A DNA stretch of 62,469 bases, counting the filler, from Sphacelaria rigidula (taxonomy: Eukaryota), in the NCBI GenBank assembly GCA_964200075.2. It is 10 parts of 10 records of this genome, joined end to end, with 100 filler letters (N's around TTAATTAATTAA, not from the genome) between each part and the next. Parts side by side here need not be neighbours in the genome. Positions count along the whole stretch, not along the records: positions 31,286 to 37,442 come from CAXNAA020021883.1; positions 37,543 to 43,699 come from CAXNAA020021884.1; positions 43,800 to 49,956 come from CAXNAA020021885.1; 7 more parts are not named here. One strand, written 5' to 3'. The notes below the pieces were generated by a model, which was not told the DNA's origin, did no database searches, and worked only from the letters and a program-made list of their open reading frames with translations. The number at the start of each line of letters is the position of its first letter. Positions within the stretch are counted from its first letter, which is position 1. Below, piece after piece: positions 37,406 to 49,956 of this stretch. Made by a program: the position numbers and the translations under genes.

Positions 37406-37917
37406 TATATCAACATGTACGGGCTGATATCCCATCCGAACGNNNNNNNNNNNNNNNNNNNNNNNNNNNNNNNNNNNNNNNNNNNNTTAATTAATTAANN
37501 NNNNNNNNNNNNNNNNNNNNNNNNNNNNNNNNNNNNNNNNNNCCCCTCCCCTTTGAAGTCTCCCCCTTTCCCCCACCCGTCAGTGCCCGGAACAGCGTAG
37601 AGTTTTCGACAATCTAACACGGGGACGAATTCAGGCAATGCAATCCAACATGGGGACAAATTCAGGGATCAGGCGTAATGTGGGTGTAGCGCTCCAGTTT
37701 GTTCCCCACAATGTGGAACGCAAACGCTTCGGGTATGGAGTGTTTCAGATGGGGTGGGCGGATATGGAAGAAACTTCTCACTTTTGAGGCAGCTGCGGTA
37801 CGTGTGTGATGTTTACGGCCAGTCCAGAGCTCGAAGGGCAACGTGTCAGATGGTAGCATGGCGTCGGGTCGTCGGGTAGGGTGCGATTGGCCAAGAGTGT
37901 GGGTGAAACATACTCAC

Positions 37918-37987
37918 TCCATCTCTGAGGCCAAGGTTGTACAGTTCCGTCAACATTTCAGCAGCCGTCCCCCCAATCCCTCGAATC
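37918..37987 (-). CDS. Putative isolated exon encoding a helix-hairpin-helix-like peptide (IRGIGGTAAEMLTELYNLGLRDG)
   Basis: Strong splice sites ttttacag| and |gtgagt; I-x-G-I-G-x3-A motif. Confidence 0.4.
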
Positions 37988-38149
37988 CTGTAAAACTGTA
38001 GACATAATCATGGAGAAAAACAAAATAAACAAGGCTTGCTGAATAAAATAAAATGATGAGATACGATGTATTAAATACACGGCGACAAAGCGCAGGAATG
38101 ACAAGAAACATGACCCCACACATCGTGTAGCAATATTGTTGGCTTTCCT

Positions 38150-38620
38150 ACTTGTTTAGAATATCGGACAGCGGGGCGATTAGAATGCTACGCTTCTGGA
38201 GAAACTGTTTACCCGGTGGGTCTAGAAACGAAGGTAGGTCTTCGACTGTGTGTGGACGTGACATCTGAGCAATTACGTTGCGTTTGGAGGGGGCTGGCTG
38301 TATGCCAGAAATATCCATCAACAGGCTAAGGAACTTCTGAGACTCTGCAGTAAACATAAATTTGGCGAAATTTGCCAAAAATAAAGTCGTGTGGTCGACT
38401 AACGTTGCAGGGGAAAGTTGAGGGGTGAGCAACACCTCGGCCAAGAAGCTTGCGAATTTCTTCTCTGATCATGCGGCGTTCTTCTGGTGGGAGGCCGCGT
38501 TGTTTCGTGGCAAAGGGTGTGCACGCGGTACAACAACCAGCATAACAGTTGGAGCTCGTACTTTGCTCCCCAAGGGGGTTCAGCGATCACATCAGCGAAA
38601 CAAGTGTCTGAAAAGTACAT
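38150..38620 (-). mobile_element. Decayed Ty3/Gypsy pol fragment (RT N- and C-terminal parts, core missing)
   Basis: LPPEERRMIREEIRKLLGRGVAHPSTFP directly followed (frameshift) by NFAKFMF...KFLSLLMDISGIQPAPSK..IAQMSRPHTVEDLPSFL...SILIAPLSDIL. Confidence 0.75.
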
Positions 38621-39989
38621 GTAGGGCCTGTAAGAACCGTCAAAGACAAGATATGTAGTCGCGCAGTCAACTTGCATGGTACGCTGGGCATGAGGGGCAA
38701 AAATGTACAAGAGGGAAACTACGGAAGTCTGCGTACTGCATAAGTAATGACAAGACAATGCACGGAAAGATAAGTGGTTGCGTGATATCGATAACCAAGT
38801 TTAAAGCAACTCAACAAAGTAGTATCCAACTACAGTACCAGTAAGGGACAAGGTAGTATCCAACTACGGTACAGGGTGCGTCACGAAGTCAACCCGGTGA
38901 ATAACAAACCATACAATCGATTACTAGTATGGGATAAAATGGGGATCATGTTTAGTGACACCAAGGTAATAACCCTGCTACCAGAGTGCTATAAAAAGAT
39001 ACCCGGGGTTAGGTAAACCAAACCAAATTGCTGACACTCCACGCCGGGATATCCCGTCATTGGCGAACCGGTCAGTGTTTCCTGCGTGTCCTCCCCAAGG
39101 CAATCACGTTCAGCGTCAGTTCCCTCATCGGGATGCGACACACCCAGGACAAGAGTGTAGGTGAAATAAGGGCGGAAGTAGTAGAGGGGACGGTTAGGAA
39201 AGTCTTGGAGTACATAGAAATATGGGTCGGTTTTATACCAACTGACGCGTATCGAAATGTCCTGTGCCGGGCGGTAAATTCGGCGTTTCGGCATTGCGAA
39301 CCAGACAGATCGATTAGAAGCGGAATTCTGCTCAAGTATGATGAGTACAGGCAACGCAAGAGACAGGGCTCTGCGGATAGCCTACACCCGCACGGTCAAA
39401 AGAAAGACATTGCGAGCGCCGAACACGATACAAAATTAGCAGAACATAAAAATGAGAATAGCGCAGCTCTACAGAGCAAGACGACGGCGGCGAAGTTAAA
39501 AAACGCTTAAAACACAATCGGGTGGCTCAAAAGACAGTTCCGGTAGACACGACACCCGGAGATGCAGAAAATATGAGTATTTCAGATGAAAGAAAAAAAG
39601 ACAAGACCAAAAGAAATGGGAAGCTGCTTTCCCGCACGCGCATTTCACAAATAACCATGGTCACAATAAAAATGCAACCCCGGAAGCAAGACGCACACTG
39701 ACCATGGTGAGTTGATTGCCCCAACTCAATATGCAACAAAAAGGCCGAAAACATTTGGAGAATGCCTGGAACACGATCATTGCTGGTGAGGTACAGCGGT
39801 GATATTTCGGGTGAACGGTGTAGGTCAGGCGAAGGTGATACAATGCAGGCGGTAATGACAAAATCTGTGCGTTCAAATCAAAGCAAGGTACAACATGATG
39901 ATGGGAACATGAGGGCGGAAAATACGCGTGCATATGACAACATGCGATGCGATAGCAAGCAAGAAAAGTATAGCCGACAGTGGGTGGTA

Positions 39990-40570
39990 AAGGCAAAAAT
40001 GACAACACAACAAGCGGGCCAACAACAGCAGACCAGGGTAGCGGAAAGCACGGTGGAAACAGTAGCAGCAGCAACAACAACAATAACAACACCAACAACA
40101 GAAACAACGGACAACAACGACAACAACGACAACAAGAGGGACAACAACAAGAACAACATACAGCAACAACAGCAACAACAGCCGACATCAACAAGTACAA
40201 GAACAAGAACAAGAAGAACAAGAACAAGAACAAGAAGAACAGCAACAGACACAACCAGCAACGACACAGCAGCGAGACGAAAACACAACGAGAACAGCAA
40301 TGAACAGTACAGAAGCACGGTAGCGGCAGTAAGAGCAACAGCAACGAACGACGAAGGCAGCAGAAACGTGCAGCAGCAGCAACGACAACACAGCCGCGCG
40401 TAGGAAACACAACAAGGGCAGGCAGCAACAGCACGCCAGTGCGTCGAGCAGCAGCACAGCAATAAGGGCAACGCAACACCGGCACAGCACCAATAAACAA
40501 CAGCGCAACGGCGGTACGGCAGCACGAAGAACAACAGCAGAGGACAACGGGACAGCAAAACGGCAGTGGC
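39990..40570. repeat. Long (AAC/AGC/AAG)-rich low-complexity tract
   Basis: Direct reading; produces spurious ORFs in several frames. Confidence 0.85.
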
Positions 40571-42800
40571 TCGGCAGCTCCGAGATGCCCTGAAGTGTGG
40601 CAGACCATCGTGCAGCCCGGAGTATTGTAGCACGTTCAAAAGTACGGGATCTCGCCGAGTTGTAGCGCGTCCGGGTGGGCTGGCTCGGATGTGCTCGTGC
40701 GACCGCTTTTTGCCATGTATTCAATTTTATGTCGGCTTAGATCATTGTGCTTTGAACATCTGGTTATCTTCGTAATATCGTAGGGCGCGACACTGTTGTG
40801 GCGAAAGCAACCAGTCCTGGTCACCCATGAATGAGGCTGCGATGGTATGTTCGAGCATGAGTATCATTATGCAGCGGGTGGGAATACGGAGCACAGGGCT
40901 CCCACGGGTCAATAACAAAGTACACAGCCCATGCTCAAATGTTTTTGCTCAACGTACGTATGGTAAGTCGATGACAGAACAAAAGAGTGCGAAGAGCCGA
41001 AGCAGCATACCATCATAGTACATTGTACATGCTCTCCAAATATATCAGTGACACCCAGTTGTGAACTTCAAAAGCACTGTCTACTTTATCCTGTACTAAA
41101 TGAAGTGATGTTGCAGCAAAGATATGCGGTGGAAACGACAAATTGTGAACAGGCACACTATGTATTCTACATAAACGAAGTGACATTCTACCGGATCAGA
41201 CTCATACACCAGAAAAACCTTCCCTCCAAACATTTGTGTTGGGAGCATGCCGGGGTTGACTCTACACAAGTACGCATTGGACACCATGTCGCGGTTCGAT
41301 ACTTACCGTCTGGGGGTGTAAGGTGCCAGTTCGTGGGCCCCTGGGCCGTCGCACCCAAACACAATCAAGTGTATCGATCCGTCGAGCTCGGCTTTGCCAT
41401 ATGCGGAGTCAACCCACGTTCGCAGCGTCGGGCGGCATACCCGTGAGCCGTTCAGACGCCAGAACAACGAATGTTGCATGGAGGTGAGGCTTACATTGTG
41501 AAATGACCAGATACTTCTCTGATATCGCAGTCCGTGATGGCGTAGATGCTCTTGTATTATCGGCGAACAGGCTCACTGCTGCTTTGCTAGTCGAGATGCT
41601 AGTCCAAAACGTTGTGACACATGAGGGAAGACAGCCTGATTCTACCACACAATTAACAGCAAGTTGTGCGAATTGAGGTTTAATTCTGAGATGAGGCTCA
41701 AGTGGGCAACCCAACTTGCGAACTGTTTGTAGTAGAAGTACCGAGGATAAGCTCTTATTCGGAAGAAGTAACCTGTGGAGGTGAACCCGTGGCGCGTCAA
41801 TTTCAGTACGTCGAAGAATCGAGACAAGTAAGTCGGGTGAGCACTCTTGTTACTCTGCATCACAGGGAAAAAAGTGGCAACGCACGGATCCCATGTCCTG
41901 CGCTAACCCCCCCCCTCGGGCTGCGCCAGCGCGAGGAGCAATACCTCGATCATGCCCGACAGGGTGGGGGGGAGGGGGAGTGTTCGTCAGGCACGACTGA
42001 GACGGGCACCATTCGTGTCTTGGTAAAGATCAGCTGCGGGTTTGTGTTTCCCCCCTCAATCAAAAAGTCGGTTTCAACGCAACATGGATAGGCCATTGCC
42101 CACAAGATTCCGGCACGGGAACGACTAGGACACTCCGCTTCGAACCCTTCCCTCTGGCGCGAAGAACGATGTATTGTCTTCCATCGAATTCGAGAACACG
42201 AGCAGGTGTTCCACGCACGGTGCTACCATCGGTTGCGAACGACAAGCGTTGACGCCGTCTATTCTCATCAACGGGTACCCCCTGAACGAAACCACGCTCA
42301 ATGCGACAGGACGATGACCCCCCTCCCCCAAACTCCCTACCCCAACCCAACCCCAGAAATTTCGTATCCGCAGGTGTGACATATTTTCGGTGTTCCCCAG
42401 TCGGTTGTAAGACACGGTTCCTGTCGGCAGATCATGAGAGGGTGATTACTATCGCAACCGTCTTACCCGGCACCCTTCACCAAGACTCCCCTCTTCTTCC
42501 ATGGCGCTGCACACAACTCTGCCGAAACCAACATACGCTCACTCGCCCCCATTCGGACGGTCGAGCAAGGGGTGGTGTGAAATTTACAAGAGTTCAAATT
42601 TACAAGCCGACGGAAATCTCGTCTCCATCTGTATCGGCCACGAGCGCGCGACACACGCCACGGTCAACCCTCTCGGCGCTGCATTACGGTTGATCAAAGG
42701 CACGGTGTTACTGTCCACAGAAGCCCCTATGCGCGGCGTCTGAACCTCTTGCCCTGCTTCACTGACCAAAACTGGACGTTCAGAACGCTGTCCTTTACAA

Positions 42801-43699
42801 TTATTTACTCTTCTCTTGTTGTGACTTCGCATCACTGATTTCATCCAATACCCCCTTTGGAATCTTGGCCCCGGAATTGAGTCTTCGACATGAAGCCGTG
42901 ACCAAATCTGATGCCATCCATTCCACGTCCGGGGCCAACTTGCGCTTCTTGGTGGTGGTGTCGACCCCAGCCCCGTCACAACTTTCTGGGGTCCTGTAGT
43001 CTTCGGTGAGCTTATCCTTCTCGTATTCTCTGATGCTGCAGTCAGCCGCGCCGCTGCGAGCTTTGGAGGTCGCTGGTGACCACCAGCGCACCTGAACGTC
43101 GGCCTCACTGCCGACAGTCTCCCGTACGTCAATCACCTTGCTCACCAAAAACGGGGCTTCGTCGGCGAGGAAGAAAACGAAGTCTCCCTTAACGAATGAG
43201 GGAATGTCGGGTTGCTCACCAGGGACGGCGCCACCGCTGGTGCCTGCCCCACCCTGCTCACACACCCCGGAGTGCTGAACGACACCCCCCGACGTGTCAT
43301 GAACAGAAGTGTCCAGCTCCCTACCCGATCCATCGCCGGGACTATATTCATCTGTCTCCGTGTCCTCTTTCGCCGCCCCTTGGGCTGGCTGCACGTCGTT
43401 GCGCCGCAGCCAGTGGCAAGGAAGATTCCAAAGCACGTAGCCCTTTGCGCCGAGTAGTCTGTGGGAGGTAGCCATTTCGTTTCTGATTGTCTCTTGCCTC
43501 TCCAAATCTGCGAGCACGCGTCAGCAAAAATGGGATCAGGGGCGGCCCGTGTGCGACATCCCCGTGGTTTAGATTCGGCAAGATGATTGATCAATTGATC
43601 GCCGCGCAGCAAATGATCCCCCAGCAATCGAGCCGTGGTAACATTATCGACAACCGGAACGGGAACACTCGTTGGATAAAAGTGAAGGACAATCACATA
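42801..43699 (-). pseudogene. Frameshifted C-terminal part of a probable transposon-encoded protein with BAH/Tudor-like beta-barrel
   Basis: VKGDFVFFLADEAPFLVSKVIDV...VQVRWWSP; upstream frame (43696) shifts into it near 43520; intronless; runs off contig. Confidence 0.45.
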
Positions 43700-43969
43700 N
43701 NNNNNNNNNNNNNNNNNNNNNNNNNNNNNNNNNNNNNNNNNNNTTAATTAATTAANNNNNNNNNNNNNNNNNNNNNNNNNNNNNNNNNNNNNNNNNNNNT
43801 GTACACCCCCTAATGCGCTCCCTGCACCTGAAAACAGACTAGATGAAACTTTCTGTCTTCGTCATGACTCTGCGGTTACATACGCGGATTTTCAGCAACA
43901 CGTCACTGTTTCGTACAGACGCTAGACACGTCATTCCTGACCAGCCTCATTGGTCTTTCTGGAGGCCCG

Positions 43970-44213
43970 GTCCCGAAAGGGTTAATATATTTATCAGAAC
44001 CTGTTCTACTCTGTTCTTGTCCTCTCCTTTCCTTCCCTTCTCTTCGCATCTCACTTCTCCTCGGCTTTTTTTCGTTCTGCTTACCCCCCTTCTACTCTCC
44101 TTCATATTTCCCCCTTTACTCAAGTCTTCTTCAGCGAGTGCATCCGTTTTGTATTGACATTACGTTCGTGCATCGGGGATCCGTGAATGTGCGGCAATCA
44201 ACCAACCAATCAA
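43970..44213 (+). mobile_element. 3' end of (CAAT/CAAC)n-tailed LINE-like element
   Basis: ...ttcagcgagtgcatcc...ccgtgaatgtgcggcaatcaaccaaccaatcaa. Confidence 0.6.
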
Positions 44214-44278
44214 CGCTTGTGAGCGACGGTCATCGAACGGGAAACCGCGCACCGACAAGGGCGTGCCTTTGCTCTCAC

Positions 44279-44453
44279 CTGCACCCCACTGAACAACACC
44301 ATGGAGCCGGCGGCCAAGGCCATTTGTCCATCTCTCGCCAGCATAATACTGTCCACAAGGTCGTACGTGCCCGCAATACCCACAGTGTACCCTATCAGGT
44401 TTACCAGCAGTAGCACCATGATGCTCGACGTGGCACCAAGTCCTTGGATCATT
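44279..44453 (-). CDS. GUP1: GUP1/HHAT-like MBOAT acyltransferase, exon 5 of 5 visible
   Basis: tag|A ATG...CAG|gtgaga; MIQGLGATSSIMVLLLVNLIGYTVG...FSGVQ matches the GUP1 C-terminal NLxG..VG and F.GVQ pattern; phase matches the preceding exon. Confidence 0.88.
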
Positions 44454-44859
44454 CTAATCGTCGATGGGGCACACACGGAGCGCACAGGGGGCAGTCAAGC
44501 ACAGCGACACTTACCCCGAGGGACAAGACAAATTGGCGCTAACCTAACGTCCCAGTACACCACCATTACATGTGTTTCGCTTGCGCAACGGCGTTCAAAG
44601 ATTCCAAACGTGGTCAGGGTAGGTAACCGTGTTGAAGGGTAGATACCCCAGGTTTTCAGAGTATTCTACATTGCCGAGCACCTCGGAGTATCCGCAGTAT
44701 CGGCTGCCGAAAATACCGAATTCTCTAGGGCACCTAATATATCAACTGAAAAAAAAACGAGTACTAATCTGTTCCCACGGCTTTTCTTCTTCCACGATTG
44801 ATCGGGTTTCAGTGTGGTTTCTGCGCGAGATCTTTTTCCCATCAAAGCCATGTGGCAGA

Positions 44860-45128
44860 AGCGGGCCATTTCCAGCTTGTTTATTTTTTTTCGTCGTGTC
44901 TTTGTCTTCTTCCCTTTTCTTTTCTTTTCTTTTCTTTTCCTTTTCCTTCCTTCTTTGTCTACTCTGTTGGTCTGTTCCACCTTTTTTGTTTTTTTCGTCA
45001 TTTTCTTTAGCGAGCGTTCCAGGGGTCTTTTGTCTCGGGTGTGTCTATGTGGATAATGAACACGGCTGGATCATGATTCCTAGGAGATCAGTCAAGGTGC
45101 AACAATCAATCAATTAATCAGTCAAATC
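44860..45128 (+). mobile_element. 3' end of (CAAT)n-tailed LINE-like element in MBOAT intron
   Basis: ...tagcgagcgttcc...cacggctgga...gtcaaggtgcaacaatcaatcaattaatcagtcaaatc. Confidence 0.65.
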
Positions 45129-45347
45129 AAGGATAGCTCGACCAAAGAGCCATATTCCTACCATACCCTACCCTACCGACCCTCAGCACCTTGGGAACAC
45201 TCCACGGCACGTGCGGAAAAAAAACAGGAAAGTAGGCGGGAGAGGCCTCCAAGACGAGATTGCCATCAAATACACGCCCTACAAGCGCACATTTACCCTG
45301 CATTGAAAACACACACACAGATTTCGCCTTGTCTCATCCATTCAGAC

Positions 45348-45584
45348 CTGTTCGTCAGTGAGTTTGCTCGGCATCTCTCGAACGCCCCAGTCTTGTTGTA
45401 GATGTTTCTCACCCCCGCCTCCACCACAAAAAACACTCCGTTCAGCATTCCCCACAAGAAGAGCTTCGTCTCTACATCGTGCCACAGCGCCACGAATATG
45501 AAAACAACAAATACGTTCCACTGCCTGCCGGGTCGGGCTCCGCCGAGGGGGACATAAATATACCTCACTAGCCACCGGTTGAAG
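45348..45584 (-). CDS. GUP1: GUP1/HHAT-like MBOAT acyltransferase, exon 4 (catalytic His)
   Basis: cag|C TTC...AG|gtctga; SFNRWLVRYIYVPLGG...FVALWHD. Confidence 0.93.
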
Positions 45585-46748
45585 CTGCGCGAAACGGAAA
45601 GCGAGACAAGGCCGGATGTGTAGATGCAGAAACCAGGATTTCGGCGTTTGGTCATGGATAGAAAACATGACTTGTGCATCGCCGATCCTTCACCATGCTA
45701 CATACAGACAACACACGCAGACGATAATTTTTCTTCGCTAGCCGCACTCCGTTCTTTTTTGCTGTTTCGCCGAGAACGTTGTCTCGAAAACTACGGCAAA
45801 CGCGAGAAAAAACTGTCAACGGAGAGGACACGACTACAACTCCGTCGCGAGAATCTTCTCAGACGTCCAACAGAAACACGACATGCTCAAAGCATTGAAT
45901 CTTGCTTTGCTATCTCGTCAGAGCAAGAGGGGTATGAACAGTCGCGATAGCCCTCAATGAAATCGCGCAATTTGTGCACTACTACATCCACAGGAGAAAC
46001 AGGCCAGCAGGTAAAAGGCATTGCAAATGGACCACTTTTAATCTTCCCCCCCCAGTACTATACTCAAAACCTAATTCTCCCGTTTGATTCCTTGGAATGA
46101 GTCCGCAAGCTCAATCCGATCAACCCATCCTTCCCATGACCCCTGCTAGACATTTTCCTATCGAGGATTGATCCATGACTGCCAGCGCTCCCGCAACGCG
46201 TGGACTCTCGTCGAATATTCTTTCGCTACTCGTGACCTCACGCTTTCGACACCGGACACGGGATTTTGCTTAAAATTCCCGTAACGGTCGACATCTGAAC
46301 AGGTAATCTTCGTCCCTGGCTGGCTATCGCCTTATCATTTTAATTTACATCTTCGGAGCGAGCGCAAGCAGCTGCACGGGATCAATCAATTGCTGCCATA
46401 CCCATCGAATCTCAAACAAGAGAAGTCATACTACGGTAAGGGCTGCACATTTGGGCCCAGATGTTCCCTACTGAGGGGGCTCCTAAAGTCAGGAGCTACA
46501 CAAGAATATTGGCCGGGGCATTCCCGTTTCAAAACTCATTCGAGATATCTCCAGGCTATTGGAATGCTAACCGCGGCGTGCTCTCACATATTCCATCAGT
46601 CATTTTCTGGATGAGATGGAGGATGACAATTCGAGCCTCTACCGCAGCAGCAACACTCGAAACTTTCGTGTGCCCATAGCAAACAGCGCACACGTCCAAC
46701 CACGTGCACGAAGGATGCGACAAGGACGACCATCTGAAGATGCATCAC

Positions 46749-46804
46749 CTGCAATGCCAGCCCTTCCAGAAGTTGGCCACGGAGTAGTTGTTGGACATAC
46801 ACCT
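46749..46804 (-). CDS. GUP1: GUP1/HHAT-like MBOAT acyltransferase, exon 3
   Basis: cag|AGG...AG|gtgatg; RCMSNNYSVANFWKGWHCS. Confidence 0.92.
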
Positions 46805-47159
46805 CTGTAGCGACCAAGGGATGAAGCAAAAGGGCGTTAGGTTATGCGAACACCGAGCGAAAAATGCGTCAGCGGAGGTCACCTTGACATCATGATTAGC
46901 AATGACTACAGCGTAAGGAATAGTAGTGACGGTGCTGGGAAGGCGAGCCTACGCCTGTGACCGCGGGTTCGAGAGATAGGGCTAATGTGCGGAAATAGTA
47001 ATGGTAACGAAAAAAACCCGATAATAACATCAACAGAAAAGATATGACAGACATCATGTGGATTGGTTGTGTTGCAGTCCTACCACTGATGTTCTAAATA
47101 ACAAGGAGCACAAGAGCACAAAAAAAAATGTTTGTCACCACCTTTTAATATTGACTTAA

Positions 47160-47300
47160 TTCTTATTATTATCAGCATCGTTTATTGTTATTACCATTAT
47201 TCTAGAATCATGATCATCATGATTATCATCATCAATATCATCATCACCATTACCGTTACAAATATGATTATCACGATCATCATTTTTGTTGTTGTCGTCA
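47160..47300 (+). repeat. Degenerate (ATC/ATT)n microsatellite
   Basis: Direct reading. Confidence 0.7.
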
Positions 47301-47462
47301 TGTCATTGCAACAAGCGTACGTATACCCAGACCCGCGATCCACCTTTTTACGCAACGGAAACGTTACCATAAAAAAAGAAGAGTGGACACATATCTACAA
47401 GACATACAGTACGAGAGCAATGTCACGGTAGGGGTGCACTTCTTTTCTCTAGGCCTCACCCG

Positions 47463-47750
47463 GTCGCCCAGGTGTCTCAGTTGGTAACCTCGGCACCTTC
47501 TGGTAGTTGAGTCGTGGATTCGAATCTCGGGGCGATCTGAGATTTTTCTCACTCAGTGCCCACAGTGGAGAGCGACCATGTCGTGGGTACACAAAATTCG
47601 ACTTCATGGTCGACGAGGGAAAGCGACTGCTGAACCCCTCTCGAAAAAATAATAAAGGCACGCACTGCAGAAGGAAGGTGAAGAACTAAAACAAAAAACA
47701 AAAAAATCTTGTGTTGGTAATCCGCCTGTGTGAACCCGGCCGGTGCACCC
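47463..47750 (+). mobile_element. tRNA-derived SINE in MBOAT intron
   Basis: A box tgtctcagttgg (47473-84), B box ggattcgaatc (47516-26); core tgctga.cc...cga...aaaggcacg.ac shared with the other SINE family. Confidence 0.75.
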
Positions 47751-48763
47751 ACATATACCGAAAGGTGTAGACCGACGTCCAGAATAGATGAGACGACAAC
47801 ACAGTGTGCAGCCTCAGAAACCTTTTAATCTCTGGGACTGAAAAGTGCACCCCCACCGTGGCATATCACTCACGAGTAAATGAATGATAAGCTGGAATCA
47901 CTCGCTGTATCGCAACACTCGTCATACTCTATCGCGAGTCATGTCGCCGGTGAAAAATCCTTATTGGGCGAAACTTTATGCTATTTGCCAAAAAACAGAC
48001 ACCGGCAGTACTACCAATCCCGACTTACGACGTCTCCATTTATTTCCGACATGGTATTGTATATTTGCGGGGTAATAAAATAAAGTATCATTCGGTTCCG
48101 TTCCAGAATACAGAAACAGCGTTGCAACGAAACCCGCACGGGCCGTCGAACCGCGCCTTCATTTTTTTTTATATCGAATTTGAACTCACCTGTTCCTACG
48201 GATCGATTTATAAACCACCACACTGGACAATACATTACATCGGCGAAAAGGGTACCGCGTACAGTATCGAATCTATCGTATATTACAAGAGGCAATATAT
48301 TGCAATAGACAATAGATTCCATATACTGTGCAGTACGTTTCATGCCGATGCCATCTCCTGTAAAAAAGTGTACTGCGTACAGTTTGGAATATATTGTACA
48401 TTGCAATAGACGCAGTAGTCGATACTGTACGCAATAGACGTAGTAGTCGGTACTGTACGCAGTACGCTTTTCAACAATGTATGTTATGATATAAACACTA
48501 CCGTGCTCGAATCTCCTGTACGACTGTCGCGGGTAAGTTGGTTTTTTCATTGACTGACTACCGCACATTATCTGACCTCTGCGGGATCCAGCCGCGTGGT
48601 GACAGGCGTCACCAGTGCAGGCACGAGAAGCGTGAGAGCACGTAGATCTTGTATTTCCATATACAAATGGAAGACGTACGAATCGCGTAGCACCCCGCTA
48701 TTTATTCATACTGGTGGTGCACACCCCCAACGCTTTGCGATAGGGCATCGGCCATGTCGTCAC

Positions 48764-48896
48764 CTGCATGTTTTCCGGCGGCTCGACCCCATCGCAAAGC
48801 GCCCAGAGCCGAAAAAGCCTCCATATCACCAGGAACTTTAGCCACATGAGCTTCAGAATAACAAATATAAAGCCCGCCAGTACCTCCGGCCTAAAG
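48764..48896 (-). CDS. GUP1: GUP1/HHAT-like MBOAT acyltransferase, exon 2
   Basis: cag|C TTT...CAG|gtgacg; [31 protein letters not shown], the GUP1 signature. Confidence 0.93.
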
Positions 48897-49279
48897 CTGC
48901 GCAGACGACGCCAACAGAATCACAGGGTGCGTACGGGTGCCGTGCAAGAGAGAGGTTGGCTGAGTGATACAAGCAGTTTTATCTTAGATTGTCCCTGAGA
49001 TTTACATCCTTTGAAAGTCGCCGGACACCCAAGGCGTGCCATCTCATGACTAAAACCTTCACGCAACCAACCACATGCCAGTCTTGCTAGTGACGCGCCA
49101 ATCTCTACGAAACCCATGTCAGCATCCATTGAAAATGACTTCAACCCCATATCTACTACTGTAGTACTTCTTGTTGTCCAAAGGGAACACGAGACTGAAC
49201 GCGCATCTACTCCGAAATCTACGGTTTACCGCCGTGAACGCCAATATCTACGTAGATCTAAGTCGAGGCAAAATCTCAC

Positions 49280-49416
49280 TTGAGGTTCCCCGCGCGGGCC
49301 AGGGCGAAAACGGGTAGCTTACGCAGACCAATCTCCAGCAGGCAAAATGCAAACACCAGTCGAAGAAGGTAAGCCAGCAGCCGCAGCTTGCCGAACGATC
49401 GCTGTGGGCTTGCCAT
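49280..49416 (-). CDS. GUP1: GUP1/HHAT-like MBOAT acyltransferase, exon 1 of 5 visible (gene is 5'-partial)
   Basis: cag|ATG...AA|gtgaga; hydrophobic LAYLLRLVFAFCLLEI; phase 2 matches the next exon. Confidence 0.85.
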
Positions 49417-49874
49417 CTGTGTTGTCGTTTGCGAGCAGTTCTCCATCAGACATGAGGGTGCTGGGTGCCTCGCATCTGCGGCGCATTCATCGCCCTTCAG
49501 CACACCGCTGAAGGATTAACAAAAAATGACCTTTATGACCACATGGAGCGGAGCTTGACAGAGCAGCTCCCGTTACTGGTGGGAAAAAAAAACATCATAC
49601 TTTATTCTAACCCCTCTCCCGTCGTCCTGTACAGAAGGTGGACATCTGAAAGCACCTGGCGCGGCGCACAAGACGGACCCAAACTCACCCGAAAAAAACT
49701 GAGAATTCTCTCCAAGAAGGAATCAACTGCATAATGAAAAAAAAAACTCGTGACCCGTGCACTCCAGGATTGGAACGCCACCAGTATCCTCCAGTTAATT
49801 CAATTCTCTACCGGATGGCGATAATTTGTTTTTTTCGCGGTATGTACTATAGTTGTGTGTGTTCTCCGGCGCGC

Positions 49875-49956
49875 GGGTGGGGGTGTACTCATGATCATGC
49901 ATGCCATAGTCATGAGATCATTCACCTGGCATCCCTACAAACCCGGGACGGAACAC
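49875..49956 (-). mobile_element. Poly(C)-ended retroelement family, copy 6 (runs off contig)
   Basis: gggtgggggtgtactcatgatcatgcatgccatagtc...ccgggacggaacac. Confidence 0.8.

Noticed and set aside
39661..40724. Several long Cys/Leu- or Thr/Asn-rich ORFs
   Set aside because: By-products of an AAC/AGC microsatellite tract.
47463..47535. Functional tRNA gene
   Set aside because: A and B boxes are present but the cloverleaf is imperfect and it continues into a SINE body.
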